DNA of 64,000 nucleotides from a virus. Positions 18,288 through 27,799 of this stretch are shown here, piece after piece. The notes below the pieces were generated by a model. The model did not search any database and was not told where the DNA came from. It was given only the letters and a program-made list of their open reading frames with translations. The translations under genes and the position numbers were made by a program. The stretch's first letter is position 1. Each line of letters begins with the position of its first letter. The DNA is taken from positions 8,961-72,960 of IMG/VR virus record IMGVR_UViG_3300033066_002009; one strand, written 5' to 3'.

Positions 18288-18929
18288 ATGCAGTTCAACC
18301 AGCCACGGAGGCCACAAGTGAAAGCGATTCTGGGCTACGAGATCCGTACGCGCCACACCCTCGAGGTGGACACCCCGACGCGGGAAATGACCTACGAGAA
18401 CGTCAAAGCGGCGCTCATCGCCGCGGGCATCCCGGAGGCGGAGCACGGCAACGTCAAGCCGATGAGCTTCGACCCCATGCCCGACGTCGGTCTTCGCGTC
18501 TGGCTGAAGGGCGAGACCGACTCCCGCAATCTGGGATACGGTTTCTACGCGGGGAATGTCGATGTCTTCGTCGCCGCCGACCACCAGGGAGAGCCAATTC
18601 ACATCGTCGAGAACGAAGCTGACCTGCCCCGCCTGTCGACGCTCCCCGCCGGGTCCACCCTGCAGATGGCCAAGGACGTCATGAAGTTCACCACGTCCCA
18701 CGGAGCCACGTTCTACAGCCTGAACACCGAATGGGATGCCGCGTCGCCGGATCCCGAGCCGGCCCAGGGGCTCACCGCCGAGCAGGCCGCCACCGCCGCG
18801 TCCACCAGCGAGCTGGTCAACGTCTTCGAGGGTGTCCCGGGCGTCACGATCGCCGGGGAACCGCTGCCCGACGTTCCGCCGCTCCCTGAGGTGCCGGCCA
18901 TCCAGGAGATCGCCGAGTCGGCGTCGTAG
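18288..18929 (+). CDS. hypothetical protein with Pro-rich C-terminus
   Basis: RBS AAAGGAG. Confidence 0.5.
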   Translation: MQFNQPRRPQVKAILGYEIRTRHTLEVDTPTREMTYENVKAALIAAGIPEAEHGNVKPMSFDPMPDVGLRVWLKGETDSRNLGYGFYAGNVDVFVAADHQGEPIHIVENEADLPRLSTLPAGSTLQMAKDVMKFTTSHGATFYSLNTEWDAASPDPEPAQGLTAEQAATAASTSELVNVFEGVPGVTIAGEPLPDVPPLPEVPAIQEIAESAS

Positions 18930-18936
18930 GCTGGCC

Positions 18937-19191
18937 ATGGGGGTGGCGGCGGTAGTGAGGCAGTACCTGGACCCGGATGTTCGGGTCCAGGGGCAGGAAG
19001 AAGTGTTCACCAAGACGGTGGTCGGTGTCGATCTTCAGCTCGTGGTCGACTACGGATCACGCGACGTGCGTCTCGTAATGCTCCCGGCAACCCTGAGCGC
19101 GGATGAGAGCTACCGGCTGTCGATCGTGCTCGATCATGCGCATCAAGCCATGAAGGAGGTCTGTCAACTCCTTCGCAGCCAAGCGCACTGA
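18937..19191 (+). CDS. hypothetical protein
   Basis: 85-aa ORF. The alternative frame starting at 18736 is judged a GC artefact. Confidence 0.35.
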   Translation: MGVAAVVRQYLDPDVRVQGQEEVFTKTVVGVDLQLVVDYGSRDVRLVMLPATLSADESYRLSIVLDHAHQAMKEVCQLLRSQAH

Positions 19192-19257
19192 ACACCCACC
19201 TGACAAGGGGCACCCGGCCGCCTCGCCGCGATTCGTCCCTTGTTTTTTGGAGGTCAA

Positions 19258-19476
19258 ATGGCAGACGGAAGCCAGACGTATACGTGGGGATTTCTGGACA
19301 TCACCTACAAGTGTGCTGCGTGCCGCGGCCTTATCTGGCCCGATATGGCAGTGCACGGATTGACGGGACACGCGTGTCAAGAATGTGGGCGGTTCTTTTG
19401 TCATAATTGCTATGACCCAGACATCGAGACCCGGCATGCGCAAAGTTATTGCTATTGCCATTGTAAGGTGAATTAA
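19258..19476 (+). CDS. N-terminal xYTWG zinc-finger small protein
   Basis: RBS GGAGG. Sequence QTYTWGFLD...CAACRG...CQECG...CHNC. Confidence 0.55.
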   Translation: MADGSQTYTWGFLDITYKCAACRGLIWPDMAVHGLTGHACQECGRFFCHNCYDPDIETRHAQSYCYCHCKVN

Positions 19477-20003
19477 TGGCTCACCATCCGGATTTGTATA
19501 CCTTCGGTCCGTCTAACTCTGGAGAATTAGCTGCGTATCCTTTTTGTTGCCGCGATTACTTTGTACTCCTTAAATCGTTAGGCCCTATCGTTTCCTACGT
19601 TTGCAGCGGATGCGGTGAGACCTTTCACTTAGCCTGTTATTACACTGGTAGGGGTCAGGGTGTTTGCAAGAAACCAACACACAGAAAGGTAAGTAAATTG
19701 GGAGATTTTAACAACGACCATATCGAAGCATTGCGCCGGGGAGAGACCGTTCGTATCCGGCCGCACGGCAACTCAATGTTGCCGCGTATCAAAAGTGGCC
19801 AGCTCTGTGTCATCCAGCCTATTGGGGACCACGAGTTGGAAAAGGGAGACGCCGTCCTTTGCACGGTCAATGGGAGGCGATACCTTCACAAAATTTATGC
19901 TATTCGAGGTAACCAGGTTCAAATCGGAAACAACCATGGACACGTAAACGGTTGGACGACAAAGGAGAAGGTTTACGGGTTGTTGGCCGCTGTGGAGGAT
20001 TAG
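19476..20003 (+). CDS. xYTFG zinc-finger domain fused to an S24 (LexA/UmuD-like) peptidase domain
   Basis: N-terminus DLYTFGPSN...CSGCG. C-terminus HGNSMLPRIKSG...RYLHKIY, i.e. a Ser-Lys dyad motif GxSM...K. Confidence 0.55.
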   Translation: MAHHPDLYTFGPSNSGELAAYPFCCRDYFVLLKSLGPIVSYVCSGCGETFHLACYYTGRGQGVCKKPTHRKVSKLGDFNNDHIEALRRGETVRIRPHGNSMLPRIKSGQLCVIQPIGDHELEKGDAVLCTVNGRRYLHKIYAIRGNQVQIGNNHGHVNGWTTKEKVYGLLAAVED

Positions 20004-20005
20004 TT

Positions 20006-20521
20006 ATGCCAAGGTATCTCATTCAGACCTTTTCCTCTGATCCAGGTGGTGAAGATTTCAATTTCTCTTACGCAATAGTGGAAATAGATAAAGAACTCGC
20101 TGAAATCATTTTGCGGCGTCGAGAGCTTTATAACGACGTTGCCTTGTGTGAGCCAAGCCTTTGCGTAATGCTTTACATGTCTTTTGTCGATGAGTGGTAT
20201 TCTTCGTTAAAGGATAAGGACGGTAAGTCGGTTTTGCCGGAAGATCTTCAGCAATTCTTCGACGGCCACAACTGGGTTAAGTTGCCAGATGACTTCGAGA
20301 TGCCGCCCGAGCCTGAGAGTGAAGATTCGGATTATTACCGAGTCACGGAAAACAATTTGATGCGGATTATGGACGACGGCGTTTTGTGGAGCTGTATCCC
20401 AAGGCACAGCACTATCAAAATAACAACCGAGGCGCTCCCTTACTGGGTTGTGCAGGAGGTACTTGGAATTGGTGAAGCAAGTGATAGTGATCCGGAAGGA
20501 TCTAAAAATGAGGCGCGGTAA
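20006..20521 (+). CDS. hypothetical acidic protein
   Basis: RBS GGAGG. 171 aa. Confidence 0.45.
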   Translation: MPRYLIQTFSSDPGGEDFNFSYAIVEIDKELAEIILRRRELYNDVALCEPSLCVMLYMSFVDEWYSSLKDKDGKSVLPEDLQQFFDGHNWVKLPDDFEMPPEPESEDSDYYRVTENNLMRIMDDGVLWSCIPRHSTIKITTEALPYWVVQEVLGIGEASDSDPEGSKNEAR

Positions 20522-20867
20522 GGAGATTGCGCAAGGAGCCCATGCGGCAATGAAGTGGCTGTCGGACCGTCTCTATTTTTCCAAAGGGTATAATGAGACA
20601 CATACCCGAGAAATGGCCGGCGGACTTTCAGACGCTGAATTTGAGTGGCTTGAGGGCTCTTTTACTAAGGTCTGCGTTCAAGTTGATTCGAAGGAAGAAC
20701 TGTTGGATGTGTACCGTTCAGCACGCGCTTTGGGAATAGTCGCTTCGTTGATTACGGACGCCGGTCTCACTGAATTTAGCGGCGTTCCGACGGAAACTTG
20801 TTGCGCGATCGGACCTGATTACGCAGAGAGAGTGGACGAGGTTACGGGACACCTTAAACTCTACTGA
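20472..20867 (+). CDS. peptidyl-tRNA hydrolase PTH2 family
   Basis: RBS AGGAGG. Motifs VIVIRKDLKMRRGKEIAQGAHAA, TKVCVQVDS...ETCCAIGP and C-terminal TGHLKLY, which is the PTH2 signature. Exact start uncertain (20463-20509). Confidence 0.6.
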   Translation: MKQVIVIRKDLKMRRGKEIAQGAHAAMKWLSDRLYFSKGYNETHTREMAGGLSDAEFEWLEGSFTKVCVQVDSKEELLDVYRSARALGIVASLITDAGLTEFSGVPTETCCAIGPDYAERVDEVTGHLKLY

Positions 20868-20901
20868 TCGGTGGTATCAGTAGTAGACAAAGGAGGCTTC
20901 C

Positions 20902-21198
20902 ATGCCCGTAGCGACCGTGACCAAGACCGTTCCGAAGAAGAAGACCGCGGTAAAAACCAAGCTGGTGACCGACGAGCAGTTCGATCGAGCCATCATCGCG
21001 CTGACCAAGCTGAATGACTCGCAGCTCGGTCGCCTGTGGGAGGCGGTTCGTGTGGAGACGCGGCTGCGCTTCTTCAACAGCGGCCTTGCGTCCGCGATTC
21101 GTGCGCTGCAGGAGTTGTCGCAGGACAACCCGGTGGCCAAGGCGTCGCTTACCAAGGCGATCGCGGCAATCGAGGCCAAGACCTGGCAACGGAAGTAG
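20902..21198 (+). CDS. Lys-rich small protein (possible DNA-binding)
   Basis: RBS AAAGGAGG. N-terminus KTVPKKKTAVKTK. Terminator immediately downstream. Confidence 0.5.
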   Translation: MPVATVTKTVPKKKTAVKTKLVTDEQFDRAIIALTKLNDSQLGRLWEAVRVETRLRFFNSGLASAIRALQELSQDNPVAKASLTKAIAAIEAKTWQRK

Positions 21199-21214
21199 CT
21201 CGGCCAGCAGACGG

Positions 21215-21249
21215 CCGGACACTGTTGTTTTGGTGTCCGGCTTTTTTTA
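21215..21249 (+). terminator. rho-independent terminator
   Basis: Hairpin CCGGACACTGTTGTTTTGGTGTCCGG followed by a T run. Confidence 0.7.
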
Positions 21250-21314
21250 GTTTCCTAAACTATTGGTAAAAGGAACAGCCACGCGGTTAATTTAATAGAG
21301 ACATGGAGGCCACC

Positions 21315-22760
21315 ATGAACCGTCCAACGTTGGTTGAACAGAAATGGCTCCCGGTGACGCCGGGGGTCGAGATCGACCGAATTCTCGGAGGGCGTTATCG
21401 GATCCTACGAGTAATCGGGGAGGGAGGAATGAGCAAGGTGCTGCTCGGATATGAGCACCTGCCGACGAAGGAGCCGGGCCCGCTCCTAGCACTTCGGCTG
21501 CTCCACCCGGAGTGGTTGGTGAAGGCCGATAATTTCACGCGGGAGCACTACCGGATTCGCTTCAACGCGGAGACGGAACTCCTGCAGAAGATGGTGGCGC
21601 ATCCTAACCTCGTGGGGTTCCAGGGCTCTGGAACACACACGGCGCCCGAAACCCCCGGGACGCCGCGACTGGAGGTTCCCTTCCAGGCTCTCGAGTACAT
21701 CGAGGGCCTCTCAACGGAAGCGCTGCTCAAGAAGCACGCAGGCATCCAGCCCGTCGCCGCAGTGCGCGTCGTGACTATGGCGGCGGCGGGTCTCGGTCAC
21801 GCGCACAAGCACGGGGTGATCCACCGTGATGTTTCCCCCGGAAATATCATGGTCTCCATCACCGGTGATGCTAAGGTCATCGACTTCGGCGTCGCCATCA
21901 GTAACAAGCTGAGGCGTCACACCGCGGTAGACGAGCGTGGGACTCCCAAGCTCGTGTACGGCAAGCCTGCCTACTACGCGCCAGAGCAGTTCATGACGCG
22001 GGCCCTGGACCCGAGGACCGACATCTACGGCCTCGGTCTCGTGCTCCTGGAGCTGATCACTGGCAGGCAGGCAATTCCACCGGATACCCGGATCCAGGAC
22101 CTCCTGGTGGCTCGCGATCGACTGGCGGCACAGCTCTGGGAGCGCTACACCGCCATCCCCGCAGAAGTGCTTCGTGTGGTGGAGCGGATGATCGCTGTCT
22201 CTCCGGATGATCGCTTCGGGAGCATGGAGAATGTCATCACGGCTCTCGAGCGTGCGATGCCTGAATCCGCGCTGACAACGACGCGCAACTTCATCGCCCG
22301 GTTCGCTCAGGTGGGTGTCTGCCTGGACCAGGCTGCGGACCATTCGCGGGAGTTCATCAAGGTGGTCCTCTCCGAGCCCATGCCGGTCCTCGATGGTACC
22401 GTATCCGCGAGAATCGAGCCGGCATCCGAGCACACGAAGGTGGGGGAGGTCGCCCCGCTGAATCTCCTTCCGCCGCCTGCGGCACCAGCCGACCTTCCAA
22501 GGATCGCCGCCGATTTCCTCGACGATCGGCGAACGCAGGCTCGTCCGGCACCGCAGTACACTGTGCCCATGAAACTCGTGGGCACGCCGATCGTCAATCG
22601 GGCCGAAGCCGCGCTCCCAGAGCTGCCGCAGGAGCCCCCTGCGGCCATGACGCTGCCGCCGGCCAATCAGTCCTACATCCGCCTTGGCATCATCATTGGT
22701 AGCATGGTCATTCTGCTGTTGAGCGCCATTCTGATTCTCCTGGTGCTCCGAATGCCTTGA
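21315..22760 (+). CDS. eukaryotic-like Ser/Thr protein kinase with C-terminal membrane anchor
   Basis: Motifs HRDVSPGNIMV (HRDxxxxN), DFGVA and APE. C-terminal hydrophobic helix IIIGSMVILLLSAILILLVL. Confidence 0.75.
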   Translation: MNRPTLVEQKWLPVTPGVEIDRILGGRYRILRVIGEGGMSKVLLGYEHLPTKEPGPLLALRLLHPEWLVKADNFTREHYRIRFNAETELLQKMVAHPNLVGFQGSGTHTAPETPGTPRLEVPFQALEYIEGLSTEALLKKHAGIQPVAAVRVVTMAAAGLGHAHKHGVIHRDVSPGNIMVSITGDAKVIDFGVAISNKLRRHTAVDERGTPKLVYGKPAYYAPEQFMTRALDPRTDIYGLGLVLLELITGRQAIPPDTRIQDLLVARDRLAAQLWERYTAIPAEVLRVVERMIAVSPDDRFGSMENVITALERAMPESALTTTRNFIARFAQVGVCLDQAADHSREFIKVVLSEPMPVLDGTVSARIEPASEHTKVGEVAPLNLLPPPAAPADLPRIAADFLDDRRTQARPAPQYTVPMKLVGTPIVNRAEAALPELPQEPPAAMTLPPANQSYIRLGIIIGSMVILLLSAILILLVLRMP

Positions 22761-22844
22761 TCGTAGGGAGGAGGGAGAGGCCGTGTCGACGGTCTTTCCC
22801 TTCTTTTGAGGTAAAAGAATTCGCCACACTCACAAGGAGGCCAC

Positions 22845-23774
22845 ATGTCTGAGACCCAGAAGAAGGAAAAAGCCCATGGTGCTCCGGGACACCACGAGAA
22901 TCACGGGCACCATTCCCAGGGCATGCGCCCGGAGGGGATTTCCCCGCAGGCGTGGGAGCGCAAGCTCCGGGAGCGCCGCCTGAACGCCCCATTGGGACCG
23001 TCTCTCGCGGATACGGAGCGGGCCCGGCTCTCCCCCCAGGTCATCGCCTTCCTGGGCAAGGAGCGCGCAGCCATGCTGCAGGTGGTCGACGTCTTCGAGA
23101 CGCAGGCTGCGGAGCGTGGCGCCGACAAGGATCTCGCCGGCCCGGATCTCATGCCCAAGCACGTCAGTATGGTGGTTGGCCCCGTAGTCGCGGCTCTCGG
23201 CAAGTACGGCGCGGAGGCCATCGAGAAGGCTGCCGGACTCGAGGGTGCCATCACCGAGGGCGCGGTCCTCGGCGAGGCTGATCTCGCGGTCGGGGAGGGA
23301 CTGATCGAAGGAATGGCCGGCGAGGGTGCCGCTGCGTCCGCGGTCGGCAAGCTCGCCAAGACGGGTCTCAAGGCCCTGGGGGGCAAGATCAGCCTGGGAC
23401 TCGCGGGCTGCGTGGGTCTCGCCACCACCATCGGGGCGACACTCGAGAAGATCCACGGGGACAACGTCAAGCGGTTCGACAAGGCCGCCGCGCATACCAT
23501 CGCGCAGCAGATGCGCGCTGGTATCGGTCAGGCCCTGGACAACTACACGGCCTGGGCAGCCTCCCCCGACGCCGACCCGGCCGAGATGCGGGCGCTCATG
23601 TCGACGCCGCCCTTCCAGGCCGAGCCGATCCTCCGAATCATGGAGAGCCAGCTCGCGGCGCGTCTGGGCGACGGCCCCGGCGTCACGCGCGAAGAGGCCA
23701 AGAACGCCAAGGGTCACGTCGAGAGCAACGTGACCGGCGACCTCAAGGCCATCGCAGATCGGCAGGCGCCGTGA
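22845..23774 (+). CDS. hypothetical protein (His-rich N-terminus)
   Basis: Promoter motif GAGGTAAAAGAAT, then RBS AAGGAGG, then ATG. Confidence 0.55.
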   Translation: MSETQKKEKAHGAPGHHENHGHHSQGMRPEGISPQAWERKLRERRLNAPLGPSLADTERARLSPQVIAFLGKERAAMLQVVDVFETQAAERGADKDLAGPDLMPKHVSMVVGPVVAALGKYGAEAIEKAAGLEGAITEGAVLGEADLAVGEGLIEGMAGEGAAASAVGKLAKTGLKALGGKISLGLAGCVGLATTIGATLEKIHGDNVKRFDKAAAHTIAQQMRAGIGQALDNYTAWAASPDADPAEMRALMSTPPFQAEPILRIMESQLAARLGDGPGVTREEAKNAKGHVESNVTGDLKAIADRQAP

Positions 23775-23986
23775 TGGTTCCCCCGCCTCCGGTCAGCCCC
23801 AATCCCCTCGATTCTCCGAACCCCCCGAATCTCCTCACGGGGAGCCAGATCCTGGCGGCCACCGTGTTCGCCATCGGGATCGGAGTTGCATCCGCGCTGT
23901 TCTTCGACAACTGGCCCCTCGGTCTCACAGCCGCGCTGCTCACGGGAGCGCTGCGCTACGAGTGGTCACGGGCCAAGAAGGGCTAG
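23771..23986 (+). CDS. small Pro-rich membrane protein
   Basis: Two hydrophobic helices. Confidence 0.4.
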   Translation: MMVPPPPVSPNPLDSPNPPNLLTGSQILAATVFAIGIGVASALFFDNWPLGLTAALLTGALRYEWSRAKKG

Positions 23987-23990
23987 GCCG

Positions 23991-24236
23991 ATGGGGCTCC
24001 AGCTGCAATCCGTGCCGATCAGCCCGAAGTACGTCTGCGCCCACTGCAGTGATTCGTTCGGGGTCTTCGCCAAGGTGGTTCGCTGCCCGATCTGTGAATA
24101 TCCCATCTGCACGATGTGCGAGGACCCCTGCCCACCGCTGATCGAAGCAGTACCGACAGCCGTAGACGCCGAAGACGAGCGGACGGATCCTATCGTGCCT
24201 CTCACCGCGGACATGATCATCGAGTACACCGAATAA
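23991..24236 (+). CDS. zinc-finger small protein
   Basis: Sequence CAHC...CPICEYPICTMCEDPC. Confidence 0.45.
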   Translation: MGLQLQSVPISPKYVCAHCSDSFGVFAKVVRCPICEYPICTMCEDPCPPLIEAVPTAVDAEDERTDPIVPLTADMIIEYTE

Positions 24237-24253
24237 GGGTGCATGGATCGTCA

Positions 24254-24298
24254 GAAGGAGGGCCGGCGAACACATCCGCCGGCCCTCCTTTGTTTATC
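24254..24298 (+). terminator. rho-independent terminator
   Basis: Hairpin GAAGGAGGGCCGGCG...CGCCGGCCCTCCTT followed by a T-rich tail. Confidence 0.65.
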
Positions 24299-24346
24299 GG
24301 TTGTGATACTGCCTTAACTGACGGTAAAAGAATTAAGGAGGTTTCC

Positions 24347-24691
24347 ATGGCACGATTGTTTGTTTACATAAACACAGGGCCAAATTGGCTCTGCATTGGA
24401 ATTTTGCAGCCCGGTGATCCGCCCGGAACCTGCACAGACAACAGCAACACTCCGTCCAAGATCCTGTTCGGAATTGGCCCTGGCGGTGAGGCGGCGGTCA
24501 TCCGCCGAATTCCGTCGGAAAACACCGAGGACATCAGCCCCGAGGTTCGAGTCGTGAAGTCATTGGCGGGCGATACCCTCGCGCGCCTCGCCCTCAATGA
24601 GTCCTATGAAACGTCAATAATGACGCCCAGGGGCTATCGAGTTCGAATGAAGTGGCATTTCGCTGAAGACCCGGTAAGTGCTAATGGCTAA
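24347..24691 (+). CDS. hypothetical protein
   Basis: Promoter motif ACGGTAAAAGAAT, then RBS AAGGAGG. Confidence 0.5.
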   Translation: MARLFVYINTGPNWLCIGILQPGDPPGTCTDNSNTPSKILFGIGPGGEAAVIRRIPSENTEDISPEVRVVKSLAGDTLARLALNESYETSIMTPRGYRVRMKWHFAEDPVSANG

Positions 24692-25112
24692 ATTCGAGAT
24701 CGGTGCGTGCTACGACACAGCGGTATGGGAGTCCGCCAATGGTAGGCGGATTCCCATTTCCGTGATGACTCGAACACATATTGCTAACTCTTGTCTTTTA
24801 CTTTCAAGAAAGCAATCTATTGCGGGGTATGAAATCCACATTTCTGACGCCGCACGTGAATGGTGGCTTCACGCGTTCGCACTCGAAATTGAACGAAGGG
24901 ACGCAGATTTCCCGCTACTCTGTCTTGAGCCTAGTATGTGTTTTTCCGATAATTTCTATAGTTTTGGATTCCAAACCAGGTCTGGCCATGTTTTTGCGTT
25001 TTTTTCCCCTGTGTCAGAGTCCCTAATTCGTTTCAACCCCCAATACGTTTGCGATCACTTCACGTTTGGTCACGTGAATTCGGTGACAGGAGAGCGGACA
25101 TGGCATCAGTGA
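24678..25112 (+). CDS. hypothetical protein (YSFG/FTFG motifs)
   Basis: Contains NFYSFGFQ and HFTFGHV. Confidence 0.4.
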   Translation: MLMAKFEIGACYDTAVWESANGRRIPISVMTRTHIANSCLLLSRKQSIAGYEIHISDAAREWWLHAFALEIERRDADFPLLCLEPSMCFSDNFYSFGFQTRSGHVFAFFSPVSESLIRFNPQYVCDHFTFGHVNSVTGERTWHQ

Positions 25113-25312
25113 GGTTCGTAAACACGCATCGAGAAGAGTACTATTCGTTTGGTTTCTCGTCGGACGACGACGGTGACGTGCATAAGTGGGACTCACTGTG
25201 TCAACTCGAGTGTCTCGCATGTGATTGTTCGTTTGACGATCGTTGCCTGCGCGATGGCTGTGTTCATTGCGCGGAAACGCGCGCGCTGTTCCAGCGCGAT
25301 GACGATGACTGA
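25100..25312 (+). CDS. N-terminal xYSFG Cys-rich small protein
   Basis: RBS AGGAGA. Sequence EEYYSFGFSS...CQLECLACDC...CLRDGCVHC. Confidence 0.5.
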   Translation: MASVRFVNTHREEYYSFGFSSDDDGDVHKWDSLCQLECLACDCSFDDRCLRDGCVHCAETRALFQRDDDD

Positions 25313-25401
25313 TCAATTCTTGGTACAAGTAAATGACATAGCAAATGCTGACACCTGATGACCCCTCCGGGGGTTGTCGATTTTTTTCATCAGGAGACGT
25401 C

Positions 25402-25677
25402 ATGCCGAAATTTGTCGACAGCTCAGAAGTCCACAAATACCGTTCAAAGAAAGACACAAAGACTTGGTGCAGGGGTAAAAAAGGCGTCCCACATTCGCCG
25501 CGTTGGCGACGTTACGATGAGCTGACTCACGCGTCTAGTGTGTTAAAAGGACGGGCGTCTTGGCTTGTGTTCGTGTGTGATAAATGTGGCCGTGAAATCG
25601 ATACTTATTTTACTTTATTCGGACAACACGTTCAAGACCCGCCCGTTGAGGGCTCAAGAAAGCCTCGCGCGCACTAA
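25402..25677 (+). CDS. zinc-ribbon small protein
   Basis: RBS AGGAGA. Sequence WCRGKKG...CDKCG. Confidence 0.45.
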   Translation: MPKFVDSSEVHKYRSKKDTKTWCRGKKGVPHSPRWRRYDELTHASSVLKGRASWLVFVCDKCGREIDTYFTLFGQHVQDPPVEGSRKPRAH

Positions 25678-25691
25678 CCAAAGGAGCTGAC

Positions 25692-26339
25692 ATGCACACG
25701 CACACCCCGTCCACGAATTTCATCAACCAACTCGTCGAGCAGACGGGGGACCCGTCAATCGCGGCTCAGTTGCCGCCGGATGACCCTCGACGTCAGCAGT
25801 CCGAACGACTCGGCATCGCTTTCTCCTCTATGATGTCGTTTCTCGGCACTCATTTCCCGGAACAACGCATCAATTCTCTTGCGAGTACCGCAGGGGAAAT
25901 CCTGCGCATGGGGAAGGTTTTCGTCGCGATGACGAACGAAATGGAAGATATCTTCTTCACAGCACTTCTTCCAAAGCCGGGGACCATGGAGAACGGTTAT
26001 CCGGTTGCAGCGCGTGCTGCGATACTTCTCCCAGTGCGATGGGATCAAAAGGTCCGCTCGGATTATTTCCTTCAGCTCGGTGGGGTGCTTTTCCAGGCTA
26101 GTATGGCGGTCGATTTCTACAATGAACGCCATTACGCGGACGTTCCCGGCCCCAATATTGGTCTTCGTGCTGCGGCGTGGGAGGCCACGTATCTGGAAAA
26201 GCTGCGCGAGACCAATCCGGGCATTCCGCTCAGTGAGCACCAGACGATGACTTTGGCGCGTTTTCCGGGCGGATTCAACAATCCGAAAACGGCCAAAGAC
26301 CTTCTCTACACGTATCGCAATATCACGAGGCCCTCTTGA
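25692..26339 (+). CDS. hypothetical protein
   Basis: RBS AAAGGAG. Confidence 0.5.
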   Translation: MHTHTPSTNFINQLVEQTGDPSIAAQLPPDDPRRQQSERLGIAFSSMMSFLGTHFPEQRINSLASTAGEILRMGKVFVAMTNEMEDIFFTALLPKPGTMENGYPVAARAAILLPVRWDQKVRSDYFLQLGGVLFQASMAVDFYNERHYADVPGPNIGLRAAAWEATYLEKLRETNPGIPLSEHQTMTLARFPGGFNNPKTAKDLLYTYRNITRPS

Positions 26340-26638
26340 CCGGCGAAGCGCTGAAGGAGTTTGTAGACACTCGAATGGCCTCAATGCTTCGACGCCCTGG
26401 CATGTGGGCCGGAGTTCCGGAGTCCCTCGAAGCACAGATTCTCACGTTGTTGGAGGTACGAGATTTTGTCGAGGATGAAAAAACGCGCACTGACAATGTC
26501 TTGAGCAGGTACCAGCGATTCTGCCACAAATACATGCCGAGCAAGCCAGGGCCAGTTCCCCTTTCCACTGTCCTTAGTCTGGACGATTTGGCGACAGCAT
26601 TGACCGCGTTTGTAGCGGTGGAAAAAGTGCGCGAGTAA
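26336..26638 (+). CDS. hypothetical protein
   Basis: Start overlaps the upstream stop. Confidence 0.45.
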   Translation: MTGEALKEFVDTRMASMLRRPGMWAGVPESLEAQILTLLEVRDFVEDEKTRTDNVLSRYQRFCHKYMPSKPGPVPLSTVLSLDDLATALTAFVAVEKVRE

Positions 26639-26863
26639 CACACCGTCGCGCGCAAATACTCGAATCCGTTTTAGCCCCGCCACCCCGCCGGTAGCCAGGG
26701 TGGCAGTTTCATGTGGATGAAGGTGTCGTGTCCGCCGCAAGGGGCGCGGCTACTCCCCGGTGTGCCCCGCTACTAGAGCACTCGGCCTCCCGGACAAGCA
26801 GGACCGAGGAGGGAGAAACGATACTATCTGTAGCATTACCCTTCAAAAGAAAGGATTTGATCG

Positions 26864-27493
26864 ATGATGGTTTTGCTCTCGTGTGAGTACGATGGAAATA
26901 ATCCGAAAACGTATTCAGGAATAAGTGTCGAGCTGCCGGGGCTCGGGATCAAAGAAGCGTTCAAAGGCGAAAGCATTCCCGCGGACTATTTGGCGGCGAG
27001 TGCGTTCGCCCATCTGGCAGCGCCAGATGGTTTCACACTGGTCGTCTCTCCGACTATGGAACTTTTCATGAGGGACGGTGGAGACGCGATTTTGCCCGAT
27101 GGGCTTCCTTCGGCGGAACAGATGGAGAAGGCGTCAATGGTCGCGCGAGACCGCGCGTACAATATCGCCAAAGAGCGAAGCGGCAGTGTCCCGTTTCCCG
27201 TCGGCCATCGTATAGTGGCCCTGTCTCACTCGGACGACAAGTGTGTCTACATCTACGGGTATGGCTTTTTCGTAGGGACGGAAATTCCTCCACCGGAGAC
27301 GTACGTGGATGGACATGACATGTCACAACTGAAACTCCCGCTGGGGAAATTCCTGCTCGACAATGGGACCGTTGTATGGTCTTTCCAGTGCGCTATCGGG
27401 CCGATCGAGGGGTTTCAGGAAGAACTCGTCAAGGGTCGAGACGTGATTGAAATCGCTTTTCCATACATTCCGGAGCGCCCTTTCGCGAATTGA
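26864..27493 (+). CDS. hypothetical protein
   Basis: RBS AAAGGA then ATGATG. Confidence 0.5.
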   Translation: MMVLLSCEYDGNNPKTYSGISVELPGLGIKEAFKGESIPADYLAASAFAHLAAPDGFTLVVSPTMELFMRDGGDAILPDGLPSAEQMEKASMVARDRAYNIAKERSGSVPFPVGHRIVALSHSDDKCVYIYGYGFFVGTEIPPPETYVDGHDMSQLKLPLGKFLLDNGTVVWSFQCAIGPIEGFQEELVKGRDVIEIAFPYIPERPFAN

Positions 27494-27496
27494 ACG

Positions 27497-27658
27497 ATGA
27501 TTATCGCATCCACAATAGCTGTTCTTGGCGCGGGTTTCCTTGTAATCGCTGACCGCAAACCGGACTGGATGAGCCATTCGGTAGAGCGAGGTTTGATCGG
27601 CGCGGGCATCCTTTTGTTCTTGATCGCAGGCTACATCGCTTTCTTGCCGGTAGTCTAA
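27497..27658 (+). CDS. small two-helix membrane protein
   Basis: 53 aa with two hydrophobic segments. Weak RBS. Confidence 0.3.
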   Translation: MIIASTIAVLGAGFLVIADRKPDWMSHSVERGLIGAGILLFLIAGYIAFLPVV

Positions 27659-27799
27659 AAAAAACATGTAAGACGGTACAAGTGTGGGACGCCCGGCTTT
27701 CACCGATCGGAGACGGCAGCTTCAGGCCTAGTAGTTCTTTCGAGATCGAAGTGCCTGCCGCTCCCCATGTACCTGGAGTCTGAAAGTTGAGGTGTTAAA

